The translations under genes were made by a program, and so were the position numbers. Below, in pieces: positions 40,543-51,106 of a stretch of DNA of 64,000 nt. The stretch is from Campylobacterales bacterium (GTDB taxonomy: Bacteria > Campylobacterota > Campylobacteria > Campylobacterales > Nitratiruptoraceae). Location of the stretch: NCBI GenBank assembly GCA_027082175.1, contig JALWIX010000013.1, positions 5,405 to 69,404 of the forward strand, read 5' to 3'. The number at the start of each line of letters is the position of its first letter. Position 1 is the first letter of the stretch. The notes beneath the pieces were generated by a model that searched no databases, was not told the DNA's origin, and saw only the letters and a list, made by a program, of their open reading frames with translations.

Positions 40543-41366
40543 GGTAGTCTTAAGACTTTTATTTTTGCGTTAACTTTCAGTTTCGCTAAATAATCTTTTA
40601 TGGCCTCTTTTTTTCTTTCATCCATTATTTTGGCTAAAACTGCATTTTTTACATTTTCAAACTCCATTGGAGTTTCTTTTATCTTCTTTTTGACGTATAT
40701 AAGCAAAAATTTATCCCCCAAAGGAATGATGGGAGTGAAGGAGGCTTCTTTGGTATTTTGAAGTAAAAACGCTAATTCCGGGTTTACTTTAGATACGTCA
40801 ACTCTCTCTTCGCCTATTTGAACCCCGGGAATCGAAGCCATAGGATTTTTTATAACTGCGTTAAGAGCCGCTTTGCTGTTTGATATGTATTTTACTATAT
40901 CGACAAATTTCGGAACGGAAAACTCTTTTATATGGTCTTTATAATATTTTAAAAGTTCCTCTTCATCAGGTTGAGAGATTTTTGTCGAGGCGATTTTTTG
41001 GTAAAGTTTCTTTTTTAAAAGCTGTTTTTTGAAATTTGTCTTATACTCTTCCCAGCTAATTCCTTTTTGCTTAATTAGCTCTTTTAGTTCGTTTAGAGTT
41101 AATCCGCGATCTTTTGCAAATTTTTCCAACGCATCTTCAAGTTCGAACTCATCTACGTTAATTCCTAATCTTTTTATTTCGGACTCTTCAAGTTTTTGTT
41201 CTATTAAAAGTTCAGTAGCCTCTTTTTTGTTTACATTTAGCATTTTTGACGTGTTTAATATATCTAACATTGTTATGGGCTCGTTGTTTACTATGATGGC
41301 TATAGCGTCAATTAAACCCGCAAATATATAACCCGTAAACGTGAAAATTAAAAAAAGTTTTTTCAT
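40539..41366 (-). CDS. SurA-like periplasmic chaperone / peptidylprolyl isomerase
   Basis: Signal peptide; AIAIIVNNEPIT motif and SurA N-domain-like helices. Confidence 0.8.
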   Translation of the reverse strand: MKKLFLIFTFTGYIFAGLIDAIAIIVNNEPITMLDILNTSKMLNVNKKEATELLIEQKLEESEIKRLGINVDEFELEDALEKFAKDRGLTLNELKELIKQKGISWEEYKTNFKKQLLKKKLYQKIASTKISQPDEEELLKYYKDHIKEFSVPKFVDIVKYISNSKAALNAVIKNPMASIPGVQIGEERVDVSKVNPELAFLLQNTKEASFTPIIPLGDKFLLIYVKKKIKETPMEFENVKNAVLAKIMDERKKEAIKDYLAKLKVNAKIKVLRLP

Positions 41367-41481
41367 AAATTCCCTTATATTGGTTACTTAAATACTTAAT
41401 TTATAGAGGCTCATTTTACCAGCTTTTAACTAAGATTTCATTAAAATAGGGCAAATTATAGTTTTTTACAAAAGGATTTAA

Positions 41482-42864
41482 ATGGTTGTTACAAGATTTG
41501 CTCCTAGTCCTACCGGATATTTGCATATAGGGGGGCTTAGAACAGCTCTTTTTAACTGGCTTTGGGCTAGAAAAAATGGTGGCAAATTTATATTAAGAAT
41601 TGAAGATACCGATCTTAGTAGAAATTCCGAAGAGGCTACTAGAGCCATTATAGAAAGCTTTGATTGGGTTGGCTTAGATTATGACGGAGAAGTGGCTTAT
41701 CAGTCAAAAAGGTTTGATATCTATAAAAGATATATCCAAAAGCTTTTAGATGAGGGGAAAGCCTATTACTGTTATATGAGTAAAGAGGAGTTGGACGCTT
41801 TAAGAGAAGAGCAGCAAAAAAGGGGAGAGAGACCAAGATATGATAGAAGATATAGAGATTTTAAAGGAATCCCTCCTAAAGGAGTGGAACCAGTCGTAAG
41901 GATAAAGGCCCCGCTTCATGGTGATATCATTTTTGAAGATGGGATAAAGGGCACTATAGTTATCAGGGCTGAAGAGTTGGACGATTTTATAATAGCAAGA
42001 AGCGACAAAACACCTACGTACAACTTTGTAGTGGCAATAGATGACGCTTTAATGGGGGTAACCGATGTCATAAGAGGAGACGATCATCTATACAACACTC
42101 CAAAGCAGTTAATAGTTTATGAGGCGTTAGGGTTTAAGGTGCCTAAATTTTACCATGTGCCTATGATTTTGAACGAGCAGGGTAAGAAGCTTTCAAAAAG
42201 AGACGGGGCTATGGATGTGATGGAGTATAAAAGGATGGGATATCTTCCCGAAGCTCTTCTAAACTTTTTAGTGAGACTTGGTTGGAGTTATGGGGATCAA
42301 GAGATTTTTACGATTGAAGAGATGAAAGAGCTTTTCGATCCTAAAGATATAAACAAGTCCGCTTCCGCATACAATCTAAGTAAACTAGAATGGTTAAACG
42401 CGCACTACATCAAAAACTCTTCCAATGAAAGATTGGTAAATCTTTTAAAAGATTTTAATATCTATTTGGAAAGTCACGATAAAAAAGAGATTTTGCTCGA
42501 CGCTTTAAAAGATAGGGCAAAAACGATAAAAGAGATGGCCGAACTTGCAAAAGAGATTTTAGAAGAGCCGGAAAATTACGATGAAAAAGCTCTTAAGAAG
42601 GCTTTAAAAGGGGATTGGAGAGAGATTTTAACTCTGTTTTTGGAAAAATTGAAAGCTAGCGAACCGCATCTTCCAGTAGATTTTCATAAAATCATAGAGG
42701 ATGTTGTGAAAGAAAAAGAGATAGGTTTTGGCAAGATAGGTCAGCCTTTAAGAGTCGCTCTTCTTGGAAAACTTTCTGGCCCTGGACTTGATGAGGTTAT
42801 GGCTATAATAGGCAAAGAAGAGAGTATAAAAAGAGTAGAGAAATTTTTAAGGGAATTTAAGTGA
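41482..42864 (+). CDS. gltX: Glutamate--tRNA ligase
   Basis: RFAPSPTGYLHIGG, IRGDDH and KLSKR motifs. Confidence 0.97.
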   Translation: MVVTRFAPSPTGYLHIGGLRTALFNWLWARKNGGKFILRIEDTDLSRNSEEATRAIIESFDWVGLDYDGEVAYQSKRFDIYKRYIQKLLDEGKAYYCYMSKEELDALREEQQKRGERPRYDRRYRDFKGIPPKGVEPVVRIKAPLHGDIIFEDGIKGTIVIRAEELDDFIIARSDKTPTYNFVVAIDDALMGVTDVIRGDDHLYNTPKQLIVYEALGFKVPKFYHVPMILNEQGKKLSKRDGAMDVMEYKRMGYLPEALLNFLVRLGWSYGDQEIFTIEEMKELFDPKDINKSASAYNLSKLEWLNAHYIKNSSNERLVNLLKDFNIYLESHDKKEILLDALKDRAKTIKEMAELAKEILEEPENYDEKALKKALKGDWREILTLFLEKLKASEPHLPVDFHKIIEDVVKEKEIGFGKIGQPLRVALLGKLSGPGLDEVMAIIGKEESIKRVEKFLREFK

Positions 42865-44123
42865 TTAAAGATTTAAAACAAAAAGCGTTAAATTATCATA
42901 GAGACGGAAGAGCGGGTAAATTTCAAATATGTATTACCAAACCGTTTAAGACGCAAGGCGATCTCTCGTTAGCATATACTCCAGGAGTTGCGGAAGTTTG
43001 CAAAGAGATTGCTAAAGAGCCCGATTTAGCTTACGAATACACAGCTAAAAAAAATCTTGTGGCGGTCATATCAAACGGAACGGCTGTTTTAGGTTTAGGA
43101 GATATAGGGGCATTAGCTAGCAAACCTGTTATGGAAGGCAAAGCGATACTTTTTAAAAAATTTGCCGATATAGATGCTTTTGACATAGAGATTAACGAAA
43201 AGGACCCTAAAAAGTTTATAGAGATTGTAAAGGCTATAGCGCCGACTTTTGGGGGGATAAATCTTGAAGATATAAAGGCTCCCGAATGTTTTGAAATCGA
43301 AGAGACTCTAAAAAAGATTGTCGATATTCCAGTATTGCATGACGATCAACACGGCACAGCCATAGTTACTACGGCGGGAATGATAAATGCGTGTTATTTA
43401 ACGGACAGAAAAATCGAAGATTTGAAAGTAGTTATAGTGGGCTCCGGCGCCGCCGCGATAGCAAGTGCAAGAATGTATAAGTATATAGGGGTTAAAGATA
43501 TAATTTTAATCGATTCAAAAGGGATTGTTCATCAAGAAAGAGATGATTTAAATAGATATAAAAGAGAGTTTGCGTATCCGAAATATTTATCAAGGGAAGA
43601 GGCTTTTGATAATGCCGATATGGTATTGGGACTATCTAGACCCGGAGCCGTTACCAAAAAAGATATTTCACTGATGAGAGAGGAGCCTTTTATTTTTGTA
43701 TGCTCCAATCCTACACCCGAGATTATGCCCGAAATTGTTAAAGAGATTAGACCGAAAGCTATCATAGCTACCGGAAGAAGCGACTATCCGAATCAGGTAA
43801 ATAATGTTTTAGGTTTCCCTTTTTTGTTTAGGGGAGCATTGGATGTTAGAAGTAAAGCAATCAATTATAAAATGATGTTAGCCGCTGCATTTGCGCTTGC
43901 TGAGCTAGCTAGAAAAGATGTGCCTGATGAATTGAAAGAGATATATAAAAAAGAGTTGAAATTCTCAAAAGATTACATAATACCTGTTCCTTTTGATAAA
44001 AGGCTCGTTGGCGAGGTGTCTTCTGCGGTAGCTAAAGCCGCAATAGAGTCGAATTTAGCGAAAATAGTCGATTTAGATATCGACCAATATAAAAAAACTC
44101 TTTTAAAAAGATTTAAACAATAG
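42861..44123 (+). CDS. NAD(P)-dependent malic enzyme (no PTA domain)
   Basis: AYTPGVA, SNGTAVLGLGDIG, PVMEGK, HDDQHGTA and SDYPNQVNN motifs. Confidence 0.93.
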   Translation: MIKDLKQKALNYHRDGRAGKFQICITKPFKTQGDLSLAYTPGVAEVCKEIAKEPDLAYEYTAKKNLVAVISNGTAVLGLGDIGALASKPVMEGKAILFKKFADIDAFDIEINEKDPKKFIEIVKAIAPTFGGINLEDIKAPECFEIEETLKKIVDIPVLHDDQHGTAIVTTAGMINACYLTDRKIEDLKVVIVGSGAAAIASARMYKYIGVKDIILIDSKGIVHQERDDLNRYKREFAYPKYLSREEAFDNADMVLGLSRPGAVTKKDISLMREEPFIFVCSNPTPEIMPEIVKEIRPKAIIATGRSDYPNQVNNVLGFPFLFRGALDVRSKAINYKMMLAAAFALAELARKDVPDELKEIYKKELKFSKDYIIPVPFDKRLVGEVSSAVAKAAIESNLAKIVDLDIDQYKKTLLKRFKQ

Positions 44124-47100
44124 AGATAACTAACAAGTTTACTATATGTGTAAGGGCGGTAAGATCATGATTTTTCAAGTTACAGAACATATCTACCTCC
44201 CTTAATACGTTTTGCGAATTTTTATATTCGTTTTTTAAAAAGTTTTTAAAACGCTCCTCTATATCTTCATCTGTTCTTGTAAACTTTAATATTTTTTGAG
44301 CTAGTTTCGTAACGAAAAACTCTATAAGTTGTTCCAGCTCTTTTTTAACTTTATATTCGTTTTCAAAAAGAGGTCTATAGCTATCTAGCGCGTCTAATAT
44401 TTCGTTTATTTTAAATCTATCGATAATATGAAAAAAAAGTTTGGCCACACTAGAAAAATCTAAAGGAGTTTCTTGCTTTAAATATATAGCTGCCGCGGTA
44501 AATTTTAGATAATCTTGCAAGGAAAAAAATGCGTTAATCTTTTCATTTGAGGTAATCTCTTTTGTTTTTAGTTTAATTTGAGCCTTTTTGAGAAGTTCGC
44601 TTAACTCCTGTTTGTAGCTTAGTATAAAGAGAGGATCGATTTTCGCATCCTTTTTTATCATCCAGTTAACACTGAAGTTTATTGTTTCTTCAAGGGCAAA
44701 AAGAAGCTGATACTGCTGTTTTACGGGTAATGTAAAATCGCTTCTATAGATTTCGTATCTTATATCGTTAGCGTTTAATAGCCTATTTATAATCAAATAG
44801 GACTCTATCTTTTGAATAAATCCGCTATCGCCTAGCGATTCATAGTCAACTATAAAACTGCATCCGGTATTATTGATGATTTTGTTTGCTATAACAGTAG
44901 CGGCTATTTCTCTTTTTAAAGGGTGAGAGTCCACCTCTTTTTCATAAAGCGAGACTAAAGATTTAGGAAAATATTTATAAAGATAGTGTTGAACGAAAGG
45001 AGTATCTAAAAACGAACTTTTTAAAAGCATCTGTTTTACGAATATTTTAGAGTATGAGAGCAATATTCCTAGCACAGGACGCACGATAGTCTTCTCTTTT
45101 GTGAGTACTGTTTCAAAGTCCGAAGGTTTAGGTACATGGAAATCTCTTCTTTTAAAAATTTTAACATTCTTTTCTAAAATCTCGACACTTTTTATAAATT
45201 TACCTAAATTTTTGGAAGACCTAATCTCATCCAAAGTTATTGCGAGAGATTGCAGATAGTTGTTCCAAAATACCGAATTTAAAACTTTATCAGTAAGATT
45301 TTTAAGGGTTTGAATCCTCTCCTCTTCGTTTATGATATTTTTGTTTTTTAAAGAGTTAAGAACGATTTTGATATTTACCTCATGATCGGAAGTATCTACG
45401 CCGGCGGAGTTGTCGATGCTGTCAAGATTTATCTTTCCGCCGTTGCGCGCGTATTCAATCCTGGCTTTTTGCGTAAAACCAAGATTGCCTCCTTCGCATA
45501 CGGCGTAGCATTTTAGATCGCTTGCGTTTATTCTAACTCCCTCGTTTTCTTTATCGCTAAGATATATATTTAGCTCTTCGCTAGATTTAACGTAAGTTCC
45601 GACTCCTCCATTATATAGTAAATCTACTTTTAATGTTAAGATTTTTTTGGCAAGCTCCTCTCCGCTAAGGGAACTTTTTTTTGTTTTTAACAGTTTTTGA
45701 ATTTGAGGCGAAAGTTTTATGCTTTTTTCGTTTCTTTTAAATACCCCGCCTCCTTCGCTTATTTTATTTTTGTCATATTCGCTCCAATGGGCGCCTTTTT
45801 TAAAAAGTCTTAATCTCTCTTCGTAGGCAATTTTTGGATCGGGATTTGGATCGATAAATATTTCGTTATGACTAACGGCGCCTATAAGTAAAATATTTGG
45901 ATTAATAAGCATGCCATTACCAAATACGTCGCCTCTCATAGAGCCTATGCCCACGACGGTAATTTGATCTTTATATATATCGATGCCTTTTTCTATAAAA
46001 AATCTTGAAACGCTTTTCCAAGCTCCTTTCGCGGTAACTCCAAGCTCTTTGTGACTATAACCCGTGCTACCTCCGCTCGCAAAAGCGTCACCTAACCAAA
46101 AACCTCTTTTTATGGCTATTTCGTTTGCTACGTCGCTCATTGAGGCCGTACCTTTATCCGCGGCTACAACGAAGTAAAAATCCTCTTTGTCGTATGCTAT
46201 GATATTTCTGTTTTTTACAACTTTGTCTTTTACTTTGTTATCTATCAAATCTAGGAGAGAATCGATAAAAAAAGAGTAGTAGGTTTTAAATTCTTCATAA
46301 CTCAACTCTTTTTTATCCTTATAGATAACAAAACCACCCTTGGCGCCGGAAGGTACGATAATGGCGTTTTTGGCTTCTTGCGTACTCATAAGAGATTTTA
46401 TCTCTTCTCTAAAGTCCTCGTGTCTGTCGCTCCATCTAAGACCTCCGCGGCTAACCTTTGACATTCTTAGATGAACGCCGTTGAATCGATCGTGATAGAC
46501 GAAAATCTCTATGGATGGCTGAATTCCTAAAAGATACTCTTCCAAAGATTTTGTATCTATTTTTATACTTATAGTCTCTTTCTGTAAAAAGTAGTTTGTC
46601 CTAAGGGAACAGTCTATGATTTTATATAAAATTCTTATAATTTTATCTTCGTTTATATTCTCTATATTTTTTAAAAGAGTCTCTATCTCTCGTTTTTTCT
46701 CTTCTAACTCTCTTTTTCTGTTTTTTATTTTTGGTTCAAATTTTATTTTAAAAAAGTCTATAAGTGTTTTTATTATATGATGATATTTTAAGAAAGTTTT
46801 TGTTATCGCGACCTCGTTAAACTCTAATACTATCTGATTTTCATATGCGACAAGAGCTCTTAAGAGCCTTATCTCGTCAATACCTAGATTCTCTTTTAAA
46901 GTTAGCGAGTATAGTTTGCATCTAGACAATATCTCTTTAGTTAGAGCTTTTTCAATTACATTTTTAATATTTTCCTGCGAAGTTTGAAGATTGTGTTTAT
47001 CTTTTATATCTAAAAGAAATCTAATAACTTCAATCTTTTCTTTTCCTACAGGTAGGCTAAAAGTTGTCTCTTCTATTACTTTTAAGCCTATATCGTGCAA

Positions 47101-47286
47101 TATGGGTATAATTTCTGATAAAATTAGTCTCTCTTTAGAAAATATTTTTAAAAAACTATTTTGGTCTTTTTCGTAAAAAGTTACGATAAATCTCTTTTTT
47201 TCCAATTCGTTTAAAGTGTCTTTTGATATCTCAAGGTCTGCCGCAGAGAGTATATTTTTACAAGCATCTAAAAGTTTTTCTTGCAT
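44113..47286 (-). CDS. NAD-specific glutamate dehydrogenase (large GdhB type, shortened N-terminus)
   Basis: RGGLRWSDR, KNAIIVPSGAKGGF, VVAADKGTA, AFASGGS and DSIDNSAGVDTSDHEVNIKI motifs. Confidence 0.92.
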   Translation of the reverse strand: MQEKLLDACKNILSAADLEISKDTLNELEKKRFIVTFYEKDQNSFLKIFSKERLILSEIIPILHDIGLKVIEETTFSLPVGKEKIEVIRFLLDIKDKHNLQTSQENIKNVIEKALTKEILSRCKLYSLTLKENLGIDEIRLLRALVAYENQIVLEFNEVAITKTFLKYHHIIKTLIDFFKIKFEPKIKNRKRELEEKKREIETLLKNIENINEDKIIRILYKIIDCSLRTNYFLQKETISIKIDTKSLEEYLLGIQPSIEIFVYHDRFNGVHLRMSKVSRGGLRWSDRHEDFREEIKSLMSTQEAKNAIIVPSGAKGGFVIYKDKKELSYEEFKTYYSFFIDSLLDLIDNKVKDKVVKNRNIIAYDKEDFYFVVAADKGTASMSDVANEIAIKRGFWLGDAFASGGSTGYSHKELGVTAKGAWKSVSRFFIEKGIDIYKDQITVVGIGSMRGDVFGNGMLINPNILLIGAVSHNEIFIDPNPDPKIAYEERLRLFKKGAHWSEYDKNKISEGGGVFKRNEKSIKLSPQIQKLLKTKKSSLSGEELAKKILTLKVDLLYNGGVGTYVKSSEELNIYLSDKENEGVRINASDLKCYAVCEGGNLGFTQKARIEYARNGGKINLDSIDNSAGVDTSDHEVNIKIVLNSLKNKNIINEEERIQTLKNLTDKVLNSVFWNNYLQSLAITLDEIRSSKNLGKFIKSVEILEKNVKIFKRRDFHVPKPSDFETVLTKEKTIVRPVLGILLSYSKIFVKQMLLKSSFLDTPFVQHYLYKYFPKSLVSLYEKEVDSHPLKREIAATVIANKIINNTGCSFIVDYESLGDSGFIQKIESYLIINRLLNANDIRYEIYRSDFTLPVKQQYQLLFALEETINFSVNWMIKKDAKIDPLFILSYKQELSELLKKAQIKLKTKEITSNEKINAFFSLQDYLKFTAAAIYLKQETPLDFSSVAKLFFHIIDRFKINEILDALDSYRPLFENEYKVKKELEQLIEFFVTKLAQKILKFTRTDEDIEERFKNFLKNEYKNSQNVLREVDMFCNLKNHDLTALTHIVNLLVISIV

Positions 47287-49376
47287 TTTTCAGCCTTTAT
47301 AAATGGTGTCGGTTTTGCAAGATAAAAACCTTGCGCATAATCTATATTAAGCTCTTTAATCTTTTCAAGCACCTCTTGTGAGTGAACAAACTCGGCGACG
47401 GTTTTTATGTTTGCCTCTTTCGCGAAATTATTTATAGTCTTAACGATCAACTTTGCATGGGTATTTTTATCTATATCTTTTATTAGCGAACCATCGATTT
47501 TGATATAGTCTATATTGAGATTTAAGATATGTTCATAATTGGAAAAACCGCTTCCAAAATCGTCTAGCGCTATCTTTGAGCCCATTTTTTTTACCATCGA
47601 TATAAACTCTCTGACCATATTATAATCTATTATAGCCGTACTTTCTAAAATCTCAAACGTCACTTTTTGCAAGATATGAGGATAAGTGTCAAATAGTTTT
47701 TTTACAAATTTTAAAGTATTTGGGTTTGATATATCCTCCATCGAAATATTTAGGGAAAAATGACAATTTTTATCTTTAAAATACTCAAAACTTTTTTCAA
47801 AGATAGTTTTTGTCAGTTCCTCGTACATTTTTGTCTCTTTGGCTATTTGCAAGTAAGTAGAGATTGATTCTACTTTGTTTTTGTTTTTTAATCTTGCTAA
47901 AACCTCATATTTTACAATTTCATTCGAGTAAGGGTCGCAGATAGGCTGAAAATATGGAAAAACGTTGTCGGTTTCAAGTGCGTTTTTCAATATTTTAGCC
48001 CTATTTATGTTATCCTCTATTTTTTTATAAAAGCCAAGATTTGAATTGTATATAAAAAATGATCTCCTTATATCTTTTTTTACATATTTTAACGCCATAT
48101 CGGCGGTTTCTATAAGAGGTTTTTGAAGTGTGATCCCGATACTAACGGATAAGTGTATATCTATATTGTTATATCTAATAGTATGTGTTTTAAAGTAATC
48201 TATGATATCTTTTGCTATTTTTTCAATATCCAAACTATCTTTTTCCATCAAAATTCCAAAATCGTCGCCGCCTATTCTGTAAAATTTTGCTTTTGAGTCT
48301 TTTGGAACTATATTTTTGAGAGCTTTTGCCACGTATCTTAAGATAAAGTCACCGGCGTTTATGCCGTAAAAGTCGTTAAAATGTTTAAATCTATCGATAT
48401 TGATTATAAAAAAGACAGGGTTTTGAAGCTTTTTTTTGTCGCTATCTAAAACTCTTCTATTGAGAAGTTTGGTTAAAGGATCGATCCTTGCCATTTTTTC
48501 AAGTTTACTTTGCGCTTTTTTTAACAAAATGTTCTCTTTATCGATAATAAGCATTAAGTAAAGTATCGCTATGATGAAAAGAATATAAAAAATAATTAAA
48601 ATATTGTATAAAAGAGTTAGAAATTTTAACTCTTTATCGGCTGAAACTATAAACTCTTCTAAAGTTTTTTGGAGTTTCTCTTTAGAGTCGTTATGTAAGA
48701 TCTCATTTAAATATTTCGTGTAAATTGGGAAATTGGTTATAAAAACTTGTAGATGAGAGAGAAGAACGGAGTGGAAATTTTTTAAGTTTTTTTTATCGAA
48801 ACTAAATTTTTTTAAATGTTCATAATTTATTTTGATCTCTTCTATAAAATCTTCGTCAAAACTATTTTTGGCTAAAAAAATTGAAGAAATTGTTTTAATT
48901 ACCAGCTTATTATAATTTTCAAGCTTCAACTTGTCGCTCTTTTCGTTTATTTCCGGAATCTTAGTAATTAGCGTAGATAGGTACATCGTCGAGTTTTTAA
49001 TAGTTGAGTTTACGCTTTCGAAATCATGTATAATCTCAATTTTTTTATATAGAGTTCTTTTATAATCCATTAACTCTTTGTAAACGGAAGGGTGTTCGTT
49101 TTTAAAATGTTTGTCACTTTCGATTTTTTTAAAAATAGTTTCTATATTTTTTTGAGTGGATATAATCGAGTCGAAATTTTTATAAAGAAAGAGCGAGTTT
49201 TCTAAAATCTGATAATCTAACTTTGCTTCTAGAGTTTGTAAATCGTGTATTGTATTTAATATACGATTGTTTTGTATAAAATATGTTTTCGTAAAATTTT
49301 CAAAAAAAATTAATAGTAAAATTGCCAATGATCCAAATATGGCCGCAAAATATATTTTTTTATTCGTTTTTATCAT
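47268..49376 (-). CDS. Membrane c-di-GMP signalling protein: DAHL-like periplasmic sensor, degenerate GGDEF (GGDDF), EAL domain
   Basis: Two TM helices flank an all-helical domain (KNFD...FESVNSTIKNSTMYL); DPLTKLLNRR, YRIGGDDF, EVLAR, DDFGSGFS, IKIDG and AEFVH motifs. Confidence 0.85.
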   Translation of the reverse strand: MIKTNKKIYFAAIFGSLAILLLIFFENFTKTYFIQNNRILNTIHDLQTLEAKLDYQILENSLFLYKNFDSIISTQKNIETIFKKIESDKHFKNEHPSVYKELMDYKRTLYKKIEIIHDFESVNSTIKNSTMYLSTLITKIPEINEKSDKLKLENYNKLVIKTISSIFLAKNSFDEDFIEEIKINYEHLKKFSFDKKNLKNFHSVLLSHLQVFITNFPIYTKYLNEILHNDSKEKLQKTLEEFIVSADKELKFLTLLYNILIIFYILFIIAILYLMLIIDKENILLKKAQSKLEKMARIDPLTKLLNRRVLDSDKKKLQNPVFFIINIDRFKHFNDFYGINAGDFILRYVAKALKNIVPKDSKAKFYRIGGDDFGILMEKDSLDIEKIAKDIIDYFKTHTIRYNNIDIHLSVSIGITLQKPLIETADMALKYVKKDIRRSFFIYNSNLGFYKKIEDNINRAKILKNALETDNVFPYFQPICDPYSNEIVKYEVLARLKNKNKVESISTYLQIAKETKMYEELTKTIFEKSFEYFKDKNCHFSLNISMEDISNPNTLKFVKKLFDTYPHILQKVTFEILESTAIIDYNMVREFISMVKKMGSKIALDDFGSGFSNYEHILNLNIDYIKIDGSLIKDIDKNTHAKLIVKTINNFAKEANIKTVAEFVHSQEVLEKIKELNIDYAQGFYLAKPTPFIKAEKCKKNF

Positions 49377-50308
49377 TTTTCATCATTTAAAATTTTTGGT
49401 TTTTTACCGGTTAGCGTTTTTAAAAATGAGACGATAGCTTTTTTCTCCATTTCACTTAAAGTAAATCCTAGATTGTGATACGCCATCTTATCAACCGCTT
49501 CTTCCAAGGTATCAACGCTTCCATCGTGAAAATAAGGAGCGGTTAGAGCTATATTTCTAAGAGAGGGGACTTTGTATCGGTATCTATCAAACTCTCTTTT
49601 GGTGATCTCGAATCTATCGCCTATAGGCTCTTTGTTGTACGGATTTATAGCGCCAATTTTTTGAAAAGAGTTTCCGCCTATATTTATGCCGTTGTGGCAA
49701 GTTATACACCCAAGCTGTTTAAAAAGCAGATAACCCTTTTTTTCTAGGGACGAGAGTTTTACTTCTCCTTTTAGATATCGATCAAATTTTGAATCTGGAG
49801 TTATTAAAGCCTTTTCAAACTCCGCTATTGCGTCTAAAACCATCCAAAACTCTACCTTGTCGGTTTTATAAACTTTTTTGAAAAGAGTTTTGTAAAAAGT
49901 GTTGGAATTTAATCTTTTTTCTACAAGTTTTTCGTTCATTGCCATTTCGTTGGGAGCGTGAATAGGACATTTTGCTTGATCTTTTAAATCTTTTGCTCTT
50001 CCGTTCCAAAACTGTCTAAAGTTAAAATAGGAGTTATAAACCGTAGGAGCGTTAACTTTTCCCTTTTTTCCTTCAACCCCTATTGATACCGGTCGTGGAT
50101 CGGCGCCTCCATGATTAAAATCGTGACAACTTGCACAACTAGTGCTTTTGTCTTTGGAAAGAATGGGATCGAAAAAAAGGTATTTTCCTAAAATTGCTTT
50201 CTCTTTATCATATTTTATACTTTTTGGCAAAGGTGTAATAGGCTCTTTTGCAAATAAAAAGATATATGAAAGTAATAAAATAAAAAAAGCTAAAAAAGCT
50301 TTATCCAT
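49373..50308 (-). CDS. Di-haem cytochrome c peroxidase-family protein
   Basis: CASCH and CITCH haem motifs; LFFDPILS, NAPTV, QFWNGRA and KVPSLRNIALTAPYFHDG motifs. Confidence 0.9.
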   Translation of the reverse strand: MDKAFLAFFILLLSYIFLFAKEPITPLPKSIKYDKEKAILGKYLFFDPILSKDKSTSCASCHDFNHGGADPRPVSIGVEGKKGKVNAPTVYNSYFNFRQFWNGRAKDLKDQAKCPIHAPNEMAMNEKLVEKRLNSNTFYKTLFKKVYKTDKVEFWMVLDAIAEFEKALITPDSKFDRYLKGEVKLSSLEKKGYLLFKQLGCITCHNGINIGGNSFQKIGAINPYNKEPIGDRFEITKREFDRYRYKVPSLRNIALTAPYFHDGSVDTLEEAVDKMAYHNLGFTLSEMEKKAIVSFLKTLTGKKPKILNDEK

Positions 50309-50348
50309 CGGCAATCCTCTTAGAATTTTTATTTATAGTTATATTATA

Positions 50349-51002
50349 CTATTTTATTCTTTTTTTTGAGAGAAGCATAAATTTTTTTAAAGAGACAGAG
50401 GCTTTTCTATCTATTTTATAACTTATCAAAGAGAGATAATAGCGAATCTCTTTTTGAGTTAATCCGCTCCTTTTTGCATATCTTTTTAGTATATAGCTTG
50501 GAATTTTTATATGAGAGTTTAAAAATTTTTTTTCAATGTTTTTATATAGTTTTGAGTTTTTTTTGTAACAAAGTCTTGCGAAAACGAAGGGCAGTTTATA
50601 TCTTTTGTACCACTCATAAGCCAAATCTATGCAATCTTTCCCCTCTTTGTATCTTTTTAAAGCCTTATCTCCTATTAAAATTTCCCCTTTTATATCTAAA
50701 ATTTTGGCTAGAATGTTTGAAGTGTTTGACTCTATATCCTCTTTCTCTTTGCCAGGACAAACTATAACGCTCAAAATCTCCTTTTTAGCTACGATACCTA
50801 AGTTGGTACACTTTCTATTTTTCGAGAATATACTCGATATAAAAGCTGCGTCAATTTTGCCTTTTTTAAAATCCTTATTGATTTTTGAAGGCACTCCTTT
50901 TTTATGCTCCAGTACGGCCCTATCAGAAGAACTTTTTAGCTCTCTTTTTAAAAAAATATAAAAAGGCAAAAGATTTATATAATCTATTTTTCCGAAAATC
51001 AT
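50349..51002 (-). CDS. mqnA: Chorismate dehydratase (futalosine pathway)
   Basis: GKIDYINLLPF, PSKIN, TSNILA, IGDKAL and LPFVFA motifs. Confidence 0.85.
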   Translation of the reverse strand: MIFGKIDYINLLPFYIFLKRELKSSSDRAVLEHKKGVPSKINKDFKKGKIDAAFISSIFSKNRKCTNLGIVAKKEILSVIVCPGKEKEDIESNTSNILAKILDIKGEILIGDKALKRYKEGKDCIDLAYEWYKRYKLPFVFARLCYKKNSKLYKNIEKKFLNSHIKIPSYILKRYAKRSGLTQKEIRYYLSLISYKIDRKASVSLKKFMLLSKKRIK

Positions 51003-51106
51003 AAGCGTATTATATCGTAAAAGGAAAATATATATTTTTTTGATCAACGAAATTTTATAATGACTATTTTGCTATAATACTCAAAATCCCAATAATAGGA
51101 AAAGTT

